Shown one piece after another: positions 1 to 8,131 of a stretch of 64,000 nt of DNA; position 1 is the first letter of the stretch; every line of letters begins with the position of its first letter. The position numbers and the translations under genes were made by a program. Source of the stretch: Deltaproteobacteria bacterium (GTDB taxonomy: Bacteria; Myxococcota_A; Polyangia; Polyangiales; Houyiibacteriaceae); the NCBI GenBank assembly GCA_034670305.1, contig JAXMNT010000040.1:1-64000 (forward strand), in the 5' to 3' direction. The notes under the pieces are model-generated. The model made no database searches, was not told the origin of the DNA, and saw only the letters and a list, made by a program, of their open reading frames with translations.

Positions 1-30
1 CCGTTGCCCTTGCCCGTGCCCTTGCCCGCG
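1..30. repeat. (CCCTTG/CCCGTG)n hexamer tract; inverted partner of the GGGCAA tract at 627-666
   Basis: ccgttgcccttgcccgtgcccttgcccgcg is approximately the reverse complement of cgcgggcaagggcaaaggcaaggg at 627+; the tract may continue left of the window. Confidence 0.8.
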
Positions 31-164
31 TCGTGGACGCCGTGTGTTTCGCGACGGCGAGGCGCGAATCGGAGCGCGATGCCCAGCGGACGAAGCCGCC
101 GGGCATCGGTCGGTGCTACGCGGCGCGCTCCGCAGCCGCGCGACGCGTAGGAGGTTGTATGCGG

Positions 165-624
165 CGCCGGCCAGGTAGGCGGCGAACTGTGTCTTGCGTC
201 TGCCTCGATATTGCTGGTCTCTCGCGGGGTTTCTACGGGCTCGGACGCCTTCGGCTTTCCGAACCCTCGAAAGCGGCTCCGGACCTGCTGGTCGCTTCGC
301 TCCTGCGCGGGCCCAGAGCCTCCCGCGCGAGAGACAATATTGTCTGGTCTCTCGCGGCGTCCCGACGGGTGCGGACGCCTTCGGCCGTCCTGGAACCCGT
401 CGGGAACGGCTCCGGACCTGCTCGTCGCTTCGCTCCTGCGCGGGCCCGAAGCCTCGCGCGCGAGAGACAATATTCGACAGCGTGCAGCCTCGCGAAGCGA
501 GCCAGCGGTGTCACCGGGACGGGGTTTGGGGGCTGTGCCCCCAAAAAATATCGAACGGGCTCTCGCCCACCTCGAGCAGGTTGTCGCGATGCTCGTCGCG
601 CTGATCAAGCGATCTGACCGCTGA
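165..624 (+). pseudogene. Remnant of a four-helix-bundle (IVS/Avd-like) protein gene, interrupted by palindromic elements
   Basis: ...CVCLDI lies left of the insertion (to ~212) and IERALAHLEQVVAMLVALIKRSDR* right of it (549-624), resembling the family's C-terminal helices; flanked by inverted hexamer tracts; no intact N-terminus. Confidence 0.5.
208..474. mobile_element. Two tandem ~133-bp palindromic MITE/REP-like units
   Basis: Units 208-340 and 337-474 both run ATATTG..TGGTCTCTCGCG...CGGACGCCTTCGGC...GGCTCCGGACCTGCT.GTCGCTTCGCTCCTGCGCGGGCCC...CGCGAGAGACAATAT, with imperfect terminal inverted repeats. Confidence 0.7.
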
Positions 625-626
625 TC

Positions 627-666
627 CGCGGGCAAGGGCAAAGGCAAGGGCAGGGGCAAGGGGCAG
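627..666. repeat. (GGGCAA/GGGCAG)n hexamer tract
   Basis: cgcgggcaagggcaaaggcaagggcaggggcaaggggcag directly after the stop at 624. Confidence 0.8.
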
Positions 667-708
667 GCTGCGAGAACGCCCTACGGGCGTTCTTCAGCAG
701 CCTGCTAG
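663..708. repeat. Hairpin resembling fused IS terminal inverted repeats
   Basis: gcaggctgc..agaacgccc-tac-gggcgttct..gcagcctgc-tag; TTCAGCAGCCTGCTAG resembles IS5/IS1182-type ends; no transposase. Confidence 0.4.
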
Positions 709-816
709 AGGCCGCGCGCTCCAAAGCTGCTGCGCTTCCACCACATCCCGCGTGGTACGGTCCGCGTCCCTTGGCCGAATCCGTTGGCCTCATCGCCTCC
801 CAGATCGGATCCCCCT

Positions 817-1917
817 GTGCGCACCTCTCTGCTGCTGACCTCCCTGCTTCTCGCCCTCGCTGCCTGCGGGGACGACGACACCATGACCACCGCGGATGCG
901 GGCCGGCGCGACACCGGGGGGGTGGACGCGTTCGTGGGGGACACCGGCGGGGGCGTCGACACCGGCGGGGGCGTCGACACGGGCCCGGGCGAGTCGTGCT
1001 CGGACGGAATGCGCAACCAGGACGAGTCGGACACGGACTGTGGCGGCGTGTGCACGGGCTGCGACGAAGGCCAGTCTTGCAACACGCCGTCGGACTGCAC
1101 GATGGGTGCGTGCGAAGGCGGCGTCTGCGACGCGAGCGTCGACTGGGGGATCACGAACATCGAGGTGGTGAGCGCGACGCCGCCGCTGCTCGAGAGCGGG
1201 CAGCGCTGCGAACAGGTCAGCTGCCCGGAGGGCAAGCAGGTCATCGCGGGCGGGTTCCACACCACCTCGACCGAGAACAACCCGCACGACGGGACCAGCC
1301 GGCCGATCACGGACACCGCCTGGGAGGTGTGTTCGAGGGCGAGCATCGGCGAAGACACCGAGACGGTCCTCTACGCGGTCTGCGCGAACGTCGCGTCCCA
1401 CGTGATCGACACCGTCGACGCAGTCTTCCCCGCCTCGACGGACGGGATGCGCCACGCGGTGGACCTGACCTGTTCGAGCGGCGCGACGACCATGGTGGGC
1501 TACGGGCCCATGAGGGACGATTCGCGCGGCAACACGAACATGGCGCCCTACTCGACCCCGCTGCCCCCGGGCATGGCGCGCGCGCTCTATCAGCCCCCGC
1601 CGTCAGTGCGCCGCGGCTACGCTGCGCGGAGCTACGCGGTGTGCGCGGCGAGCGAAGGACCGAACACCAACAGCGAGATGGTGGTCGCGGACCTGGGTGC
1701 GACCGGCTGCGTGACGGCGCGGTGCCCGACGGGGCAGGTCATGGTGGGTGGCAGCCACGAGTTCTTCTCGACCACCGACACCAGCGAGTGGAGCGACACC
1801 AACCGCCTCGCGGCGAGCCGGCCCGAGGGCACCGACGGCTGGCACGTCTGCTACAACAACAACACCGCCAGCCGGACGCAGGTCACCGCCCGCGTGCACT
1901 GCATCGACGCGCCCTAG
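817..1917 (+). CDS. Cys-rich lipoprotein with three tandem C-x(2)-G-x(4-5)-G beta modules
   Basis: GTG start, lipobox LALAA-C, DTGGGV linker, CSDGMRNQDESDTDCGG repeat; modules begin SCPEGKQVIAGG / TCSSGATTMVGYG / RCPTGQVMVGG. Confidence 0.8.
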   Translation: MRTSLLLTSLLLALAACGDDDTMTTADAGRRDTGGVDAFVGDTGGGVDTGGGVDTGPGESCSDGMRNQDESDTDCGGVCTGCDEGQSCNTPSDCTMGACEGGVCDASVDWGITNIEVVSATPPLLESGQRCEQVSCPEGKQVIAGGFHTTSTENNPHDGTSRPITDTAWEVCSRASIGEDTETVLYAVCANVASHVIDTVDAVFPASTDGMRHAVDLTCSSGATTMVGYGPMRDDSRGNTNMAPYSTPLPPGMARALYQPPPSVRRGYAARSYAVCAASEGPNTNSEMVVADLGATGCVTARCPTGQVMVGGSHEFFSTTDTSEWSDTNRLAASRPEGTDGWHVCYNNNTASRTQVTARVHCIDAP

Positions 1918-2099
1918 GGAGGTCAGCTCACGGCAGCGCGGAGGCGAAGAGGCCGAGGTGTTCGTCGAGGCACCCGGCTCCGCGTGCGCTGCAGGCGACG
2001 CCGCTCACCTCGACCTGTCACGACGGCGTGGCCGCTCGCGATGAGCTGCGCCTCGCCGGATCGAATGCTCACTCGCGGGGCCTACCTGAAGGACCGCCG

Positions 2100-3017
2100 C
2101 TACAATCCGATGCGGACGTCGACAACCGGCAAGACGTGGGTTCGTACGCCGACTGGGTAGCGGCCGTGGGCGATGCGGGCGCCGAGGTTCACGCCGAAGT
2201 GTTCGTTGGCGTAGACCTGCAGCGCGCCTCCGGCTTCGAGGATCCAGCCGGCGCCTCCGTTGCCGTCCGCGATGGGGATCGGCGTGAAGCGCGCGTCGAT
2301 TTGCCAGGCGATGCGGCCAGCGAAGCTGCCGGTGAGGCCGAGCCCGAGGTACACGGTCGCGCCGGTCTCTACGGCTGCGAACCGGGAGTAGAGGAACGGG
2401 AAGTCGAGCACGATGCGGTCGCCGCCTTTGGCTTTTGGCGCGACGAAGAGGCCCAACTCACCGGTCACGCGGAAGCACTCGCACGGGCTCCAGGTGGCGA
2501 GGTACGCGCTGTCGAGACCCAACACGAAGGGCACGTCCGTTTCGGCTGGGAGCAGGCCGAGCGCGCCCTCGCGCGCGAAGAAGTCGAGCATCGGTGTGAT
2601 GTAGGAGAGCCGGTGCCGGGTGGCGATCGCGAGCGTGCCCCGTCGCCACCACTGCAGCTTCACTTCCAGGTGCGGCCAGATCGCCGCCAGGATCGGATGC
2701 GCGGAGAGTTCGATGGCATCGGTCACGCCCCAGTGGATGGGATGAAAGAGGCCGAACTCGGTCCGCCCGGCCGGCACGGTCAACGCGGTGTCGCTGGACC
2801 AACGCTGCGCCGATGCGAGCGGGTGCGCTTCGGATTCCGGTGCGTCCGCAGAAACCGCGTCCGCATCCACGACCGGGGCGTCCGCATCCGCGACTGGTGC
2901 CGCGACCGCCGCATGCGCGACCGGGGCATCCGCATCCGCGACCTGGGCGCCGAACGTGAGCGCGCCGAACGTGAGCGCCATCGCTGCGAACGCCATCTCG
3001 GGCCGGCCAGGGGTCAC
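2100..3017 (-). CDS. Exported protein, probable outer-membrane beta-barrel
   Basis: GTG overlaps the upstream stop (GTGA); alternative ATG at 2996; signal-like N-terminus, DADAP linker, amphipathic strands ending VDVRIGL. Confidence 0.65.
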   Translation of the reverse strand: MTPGRPEMAFAAMALTFGALTFGAQVADADAPVAHAAVAAPVADADAPVVDADAVSADAPESEAHPLASAQRWSSDTALTVPAGRTEFGLFHPIHWGVTDAIELSAHPILAAIWPHLEVKLQWWRRGTLAIATRHRLSYITPMLDFFAREGALGLLPAETDVPFVLGLDSAYLATWSPCECFRVTGELGLFVAPKAKGGDRIVLDFPFLYSRFAAVETGATVYLGLGLTGSFAGRIAWQIDARFTPIPIADGNGGAGWILEAGGALQVYANEHFGVNLGARIAHGRYPVGVRTHVLPVVDVRIGL

Positions 3018-4093
3018 GGCAGCACGACCTCGCCCACGATCGGCGCGTGGTCGGAGAGCGGCATCGTCGGCAGCCCGGTGGCCCGGTCCTGGTGCACCAC
3101 GCCGGAACCCGCTCGCCACGTCTGGTTGGTGAACAGGTAATCGAGCTGGCGGTTCCAGTACCCTCGACCGTCCACGGTGTGGGTGAAGTGGCGCGCGTTG
3201 TCGGCCTGGATGTCGGCCAGCGGTACGAAGTGCGCGTAGCGTGCGAAGAGCGGGTCGAGCCAATCCGCCTCGGGGCGGTAGTCGTCGGCAATGAACTCCT
3301 CGTCTTCGCAGACGCTGTCCGGGAAGTCGTGTTGCTGTTCGGCCCCCGGAGGGAGCGCGTTGAGGTCGCCGCCGCCGATCACCACCGCGCCCGCGTCGTC
3401 GAGCGCGTTCATGACGTCGGAGAAGCCGTCGATGTGGCGCAGCTTGGTGCCGTCTTCGCCGTAGGCGTCGGTGTGTACGTTCACCACCCAGACGTCCCGT
3501 CCGGCCGCGCTCCCGGCCGGCAACTCGAGCCGCGCGGAGAGCACGTTGCGTCGCAGGTAGAAGTAGCGCGTGAGGCTGCTCTGATCGGTCCGCAGCGGCA
3601 GCGCGTGGCGCTCGGCTTCGGCAATCGGCCACCGGCTGAGAATCGCACTCCCGTTGTCCATCGCCCCGAGGCCATCGCTCGGAATGAAGTCCGCCTGCCA
3701 GTGCGACGCATACACGGCGTGGTTCAGCTCGGTGTGATCGAGCAACCACTGCAGCTGGTCGAGGAACGCCGAGCGTTTGGAGTTCACGTCGACCTCTTGC
3801 AGGAGCAGCACGTCCGGGTTCACCTCCCGGATCTTCGCCGCGAGCCCCTCGAGGTTCGTGACCACCTCGTCGCGCGTCATCAGCACGCGCTCGCCGAAGC
3901 AGTCGAAGAAGAAGTCGATTCGTGCGCCGCCGAACTTGACGTTCCAGTCCATCACGACGAGCGACGTAGGCGGCTCGGCCGCGGTGGGCTCGGCCGCCTC
4001 GTACAGACGGGGCGTGCTCTGTTCGAGCTCCGTGTGGAACGGGTCACAGCTGGCGAGCAGGACCAAGAGGAGCACAGGGTGCGAACGCGGCAC
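3014..4093 (-). CDS. Endonuclease/exonuclease/phosphatase (EEP) family lipoprotein
   Basis: Lipobox LLAS-C; motifs WNV, LLQEVD, NVH, GGDLN, LDYLF, SDHAP. Confidence 0.9.
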   Translation of the reverse strand: MPRSHPVLLLVLLASCDPFHTELEQSTPRLYEAAEPTAAEPPTSLVVMDWNVKFGGARIDFFFDCFGERVLMTRDEVVTNLEGLAAKIREVNPDVLLLQEVDVNSKRSAFLDQLQWLLDHTELNHAVYASHWQADFIPSDGLGAMDNGSAILSRWPIAEAERHALPLRTDQSSLTRYFYLRRNVLSARLELPAGSAAGRDVWVVNVHTDAYGEDGTKLRHIDGFSDVMNALDDAGAVVIGGGDLNALPPGAEQQHDFPDSVCEDEEFIADDYRPEADWLDPLFARYAHFVPLADIQADNARHFTHTVDGRGYWNRQLDYLFTNQTWRAGSGVVHQDRATGLPTMPLSDHAPIVGEVVLP

Positions 4094-4166
4094 CGCCGCA
4101 GTCTACGCGGTTTCGTCTCGCCATCGCGTGGTGTTCAGACCGCGTCCAGACCGCGGCGGGGCGAGA

Positions 4167-4811
4167 TCAGAACGTCAGGCGGGCGTGGAAGGGGAGCGTT
4201 GCGGATTGTCGCACTCCGTCTCGGTCCTCTAGGTAGACCTGCGCCTCGAGCGGGCGGTCCTCGAGGTCACTCGGTGTCGCGTCGACCACCACGAAGTACG
4301 AGAGCCCGACCAGGCGCCCGTCTCGTTCGGTGAGCGCGACGCGGTCGCGGTAGCTGGCGACGACTCGGCCTTCGTCCAACACGTCGATCTCGATGAGTGG
4401 GCTCTCGCTGCCGGCGGGCCGCTCTGGATCGCCCGGGTAGACGCCGTCGGTTCGGATCGCGAACACGAACATCGGGCTGCCCTGAAAGCCGATCACCATC
4501 GGGACCTCGGCCGCGGGCTCGTACCGCTGGAAGCGCCCGTCGGCGACGTCCCCGAAGCAGTCCTCCCCATCCGGTTTCGCGCATCGGCCGATCTCGAGCT
4601 CGGGCGCCGCGGGCGCGTCGGTCGGGGCGACGTCCGCGACGAGGGCGTCGATGCCCGCGGCGTCGTCCCCTGCGTCGGGCATCCCTTCGGAGACGTCTTC
4701 CAAGGTGGCGTCGACCGCCCCCGCGTCGGGCGCTCCGGCATCGATGGGCTGGCTCCCTCCACAGGCGAAGCCGAGGAAGAGAGTCAGGCACAAGATCCAG
4801 CCGCGTCTCAC
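4167..4811 (-). CDS. Hypothetical lipoprotein
   Basis: GTG start, LGFA-C lipobox, DAG-rich linker, GFQG-containing C-terminal domain. Confidence 0.7.
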   Translation of the reverse strand: MRRGWILCLTLFLGFACGGSQPIDAGAPDAGAVDATLEDVSEGMPDAGDDAAGIDALVADVAPTDAPAAPELEIGRCAKPDGEDCFGDVADGRFQRYEPAAEVPMVIGFQGSPMFVFAIRTDGVYPGDPERPAGSESPLIEIDVLDEGRVVASYRDRVALTERDGRLVGLSYFVVVDATPSDLEDRPLEAQVYLEDRDGVRQSATLPFHARLTF

Positions 4812-4923
4812 CCTCGGCACTCTGGCGCACCGGCGACCTCTCGCGCAACCGAAGCCGCGACGCCGAACCCAGCCGAGCCGCGCGGTGATCGACAAGCGGA
4901 GGTGTCTCCGTCATCGTGAACGG

Positions 4924-7900
4924 GTGCGCGCGCTCGCGGTCCTCTTCGTTGTCGTGCTGGCCCAACCAGTGAAGGGACAGTTCACAGACATCAGCGCGGC
5001 CATGGGCACGACCGGTGCGTACGGGGATTCCTACCTCATCGGTGGTGGGATCTCGGTGGCCGACATGGACGGCGACGACCGGCTGGATCTGGTGGTCACG
5101 GCTTTTGGGTTGACCGTCTACCGCCAGACCGAGGCCGGGGTCTTCGAGGTGCTTCCCGACGTGCTCGCAGATGCCGGCGTGCCCGCCGATCTCGCCCCGA
5201 GCGGCAACCTGCCCTTCGACATGGACGGGGACGGAGATCTGGACCTGCTGCTGGTTGGGACCAACGCGACACTCCTGCTCCGCAACGAGGGGGCGGGCGC
5301 GTTCACGGACGTGAGCGCGACCCATCTGCCGGGCCACGGCATCGCGACCAGCGCCGCAGCGCCGGCGGACTTCGACGGCGACGGGGACGTCGACCTCTTC
5401 GTCACGACCTACATCGAGACGGCCCTGTACCCAGTGCACGAGTGTGGCCGCGATCTGCTGATGCTGAACGACGGCGCCGGTCGTTTTGTCGACGCAACGG
5501 ACGCGGCCGGCATCGGGGGCTTTGGGTGCGGCTTGGCCGTCGCCGCGCAAGACATGGATGGAGACGGCGACCCCGACCTCCTCGTCGCGAACGACTTCGG
5601 CCTCTTCCTCGAACCGAACCAGTACTGGCGCAACCTCGGCCCAGGCGAAGACGGTGTCGCGGTCCACTTCGAAGACGCCTCCGCAGCGACGGGCTTCGAT
5701 CGCGGGGTGTATGGGATGGGGGTGGCGACGGGCGACGTGAACCTCGACGGCGCCCCCGACGCGGTGACGACCAGCATCGGTTTGCCGAGCCTCGTGGTGT
5801 CCGGCGCCGGCGGCGTCTTCGCGGACGAGACCGAGGCGCGCGGGGCGGGCGTCGTGTTCTCACGCGAAGGACTGCAGGTCACGTGGGGGGCTGTGCTGGA
5901 AGACTTCGACCGCGATGGTCGCCTCGACATGGTTCTCGCCGGGGGCGAGGTGGCGGCCGCCCACTACCTTCGCTCCGGCGTGTACCAACCGAACGTCGTG
6001 AGGCGGGGAACCGTCGGCGGGTTCGAACCCGCACCGACGTGGGGGCTCGATGAACCGAGCGGCACCGGACGAGGTCTCGCGGTCGGCGACCTCGACCGCG
6101 ACGGCGACCCCGATCTCGTGATCGCGCACTCGAGCGGCAGCGTCGCGGTCCATCGAAACGACTTCCCCGGCACGCTCCCCTTGCGCATTCAGCTGCGGGC
6201 CTCCGAGACGTCGCGGGACGCCGTCGGCGCATCGGTCGAGGCGCGCTGCGGCGGTCACACCCGAACCGTGTGGCGGGTGGGTGGGGGCAGCTTCGCAGGC
6301 ACCTCTACGGATGAGCTCCGGGTGGCGTTTCCCGCACCGTGCAGCGACCCGGGCGCCCCGATCGATCTGCGGGTGTCCTGGCCGAGTGGCTACCGCCAAG
6401 CGCTCGCGGCGACCACCGGGGGCGCGGTCACCATCGAAGAGCCGGACTGGCTCCGCTTCGAAGGCGGGGTGCTGCGGGCCGAGCCCACGGACGAGTCGGG
6501 TGTGCCGGTCTCATCGGGATCGCTTCACGTGCGGGTCGGCGGCACTGCGCTTGGCGACGCGCCTTACGTGGACGGCGCGTTCGAACTCGACCTGGCGGGT
6601 GCGACGGGTCGGGTCGACCTGACGCTCGATGGACGCGCGCTCGGGGTGCACCCGGTCGTGGGTCCCGATCTGCGCATCGTGCCGCGACCCCATCACGTCA
6701 TCGGCGGCGACCCGATCACGTGGGTGCTCGTCGGACGAGACGTCGAAACGCTCGCGGGCGACACAGCGGTGGCGGTGACGGCGGGAGGCCGCACCGTCGC
6801 GCTCTCCCGGGAGGCCGGTGGGCACTGGGTCGGCACCGATGCCGTCGGTCTGCCCCAAGGTCCCCACGTCGCCACCCTCACCCTCGATGGGCTCGCAGCC
6901 GGCCCTGCGATGAACCTCGTCGCCGAACCGGAGGTCGACGACGACCGTTCCTACATCCGGTTCTGGAGCCTGTATCAGCAGCGCATGCCGTTCTTCCAGG
7001 TCCAAGGGGTCTTTCGAGATGCCAATGGCCGGGCCCGCGCCATCGAAGACGACCGGGTGGAGATCCGGATCGCCTCGGAGGCGCGCGCGCCCACGGTGAG
7101 CGCGAGCGGCGATGGCGCGTTCGACTACACCGTCAACAACAGCGGCGCGGCGCATGGCGCCCGCGTCGAGCTGACGGTCGACGGACGGACGGTGGGTCCG
7201 GCGCAGTCGCTCGTGCTCTTGGAGGGACCCGAAGACATCGTGGCGTACATCGATCCGGACCGAAGCCGCTGTGCGCCGGTGATGCGGCGCATGGCGGCGG
7301 ACGGGCACGACGTACTCGACTTCCTGGTCGTCCTCCGTGACGCGCACGGCCAACCCCTGCCCGCCACGCCCGAGAGCGCGCCGGTGTTGGTCGGTCCACT
7401 CACGCAAGTCACCGAAGTCACCGTCCGCGACGACAGCTCCCACGCCGCCTACGGCCGCTACGCTGGCGACGGCCCGATCGAGATGCAGATCCGATGGCAC
7501 GACACGCTCGTGCCCATCCGATGCACGGTCGAGTCGTTCGTGCCTTCCTCGACCGAACCGTCGAGCGAGCGCAGCGAACTCTCCGCCCGACCCCGAGAGC
7601 TCGACCTGGATGTGCCGGAGATCACCTCGCGCCTCGAGTGGCGGCCAAGGGATGAGGCCAGTCGGTTGCTCGGGAGCCGCGCAGGACCTGGGGCGTGGTC
7701 GACGGAGATCGGTCGTTTGGGGCCCGGACCGATCTACGCCGGGCTCGGTTTGTGGGTGCACGCGCTCGCCCCAAACGACCTCCCCGGCACCGACGTCGTG
7801 CGGGTCCGAGTGGGTGGCTCCGAAGTCGAAACGGAGGTCACGATCCGGGGCATGGCGCGCGACGCAGGACTCCCCGACGGGGGACCCGTGCCGGATGGCG

Positions 7901-8112
7901 GCGCGCCCGACGCGGGCATGGAATCGGACGCCGGAGCGGATGGCGGCAGCGTGGATGGCGGCGTGCGCACCGACGACGCGAGCGTGGTTCCGGACGGTGG
8001 GGTGGAGGCCGTCGAGCCCGGCGGCTGTGGGTGCCGAACCGAGCGCAGCAGCGGCCATGCGCTGCTCTGGATCGGCCTATTCATGCTTGGGCGGCGACGA
8101 CGGCTCGTGTAG
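4924..8112 (+). CDS. FG-GAP/CRTAC1 (ASPIC-UnbV-like) protein with Ig-like domains and MYXO-CTERM-like anchor
   Basis: Repeated DxDGDGDxDL Ca-binding loops, AVGASV...WPSG ASPIC-like segment, C-terminal GGCGC + TM + RRRR; start inferred. Confidence 0.85.
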   Translation: MRALAVLFVVVLAQPVKGQFTDISAAMGTTGAYGDSYLIGGGISVADMDGDDRLDLVVTAFGLTVYRQTEAGVFEVLPDVLADAGVPADLAPSGNLPFDMDGDGDLDLLLVGTNATLLLRNEGAGAFTDVSATHLPGHGIATSAAAPADFDGDGDVDLFVTTYIETALYPVHECGRDLLMLNDGAGRFVDATDAAGIGGFGCGLAVAAQDMDGDGDPDLLVANDFGLFLEPNQYWRNLGPGEDGVAVHFEDASAATGFDRGVYGMGVATGDVNLDGAPDAVTTSIGLPSLVVSGAGGVFADETEARGAGVVFSREGLQVTWGAVLEDFDRDGRLDMVLAGGEVAAAHYLRSGVYQPNVVRRGTVGGFEPAPTWGLDEPSGTGRGLAVGDLDRDGDPDLVIAHSSGSVAVHRNDFPGTLPLRIQLRASETSRDAVGASVEARCGGHTRTVWRVGGGSFAGTSTDELRVAFPAPCSDPGAPIDLRVSWPSGYRQALAATTGGAVTIEEPDWLRFEGGVLRAEPTDESGVPVSSGSLHVRVGGTALGDAPYVDGAFELDLAGATGRVDLTLDGRALGVHPVVGPDLRIVPRPHHVIGGDPITWVLVGRDVETLAGDTAVAVTAGGRTVALSREAGGHWVGTDAVGLPQGPHVATLTLDGLAAGPAMNLVAEPEVDDDRSYIRFWSLYQQRMPFFQVQGVFRDANGRARAIEDDRVEIRIASEARAPTVSASGDGAFDYTVNNSGAAHGARVELTVDGRTVGPAQSLVLLEGPEDIVAYIDPDRSRCAPVMRRMAADGHDVLDFLVVLRDAHGQPLPATPESAPVLVGPLTQVTEVTVRDDSSHAAYGRYAGDGPIEMQIRWHDTLVPIRCTVESFVPSSTEPSSERSELSARPRELDLDVPEITSRLEWRPRDEASRLLGSRAGPGAWSTEIGRLGPGPIYAGLGLWVHALAPNDLPGTDVVRVRVGGSEVETEVTIRGMARDAGLPDGGPVPDGGAPDAGMESDAGADGGSVDGGVRTDDASVVPDGGVEAVEPGGCGCRTERSSGHALLWIGLFMLGRRRRLV

Positions 8113-8131
8113 GGTTCCGCCCGAGGTGAAG

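Noticed and set aside
33-624. Intact protein-coding ORFs 33-617, 194-604 and 211-624
   Set aside because: They read through the palindromic repeats and have Arg/Ser-rich, non-protein-like composition; only short fragments look like a real gene.
1-710. Diversity-generating retroelement (because of the Avd-like remnant)
   Set aside because: No reverse transcriptase and no TR/VR pair with adenine-specific mismatches was seen in the window.
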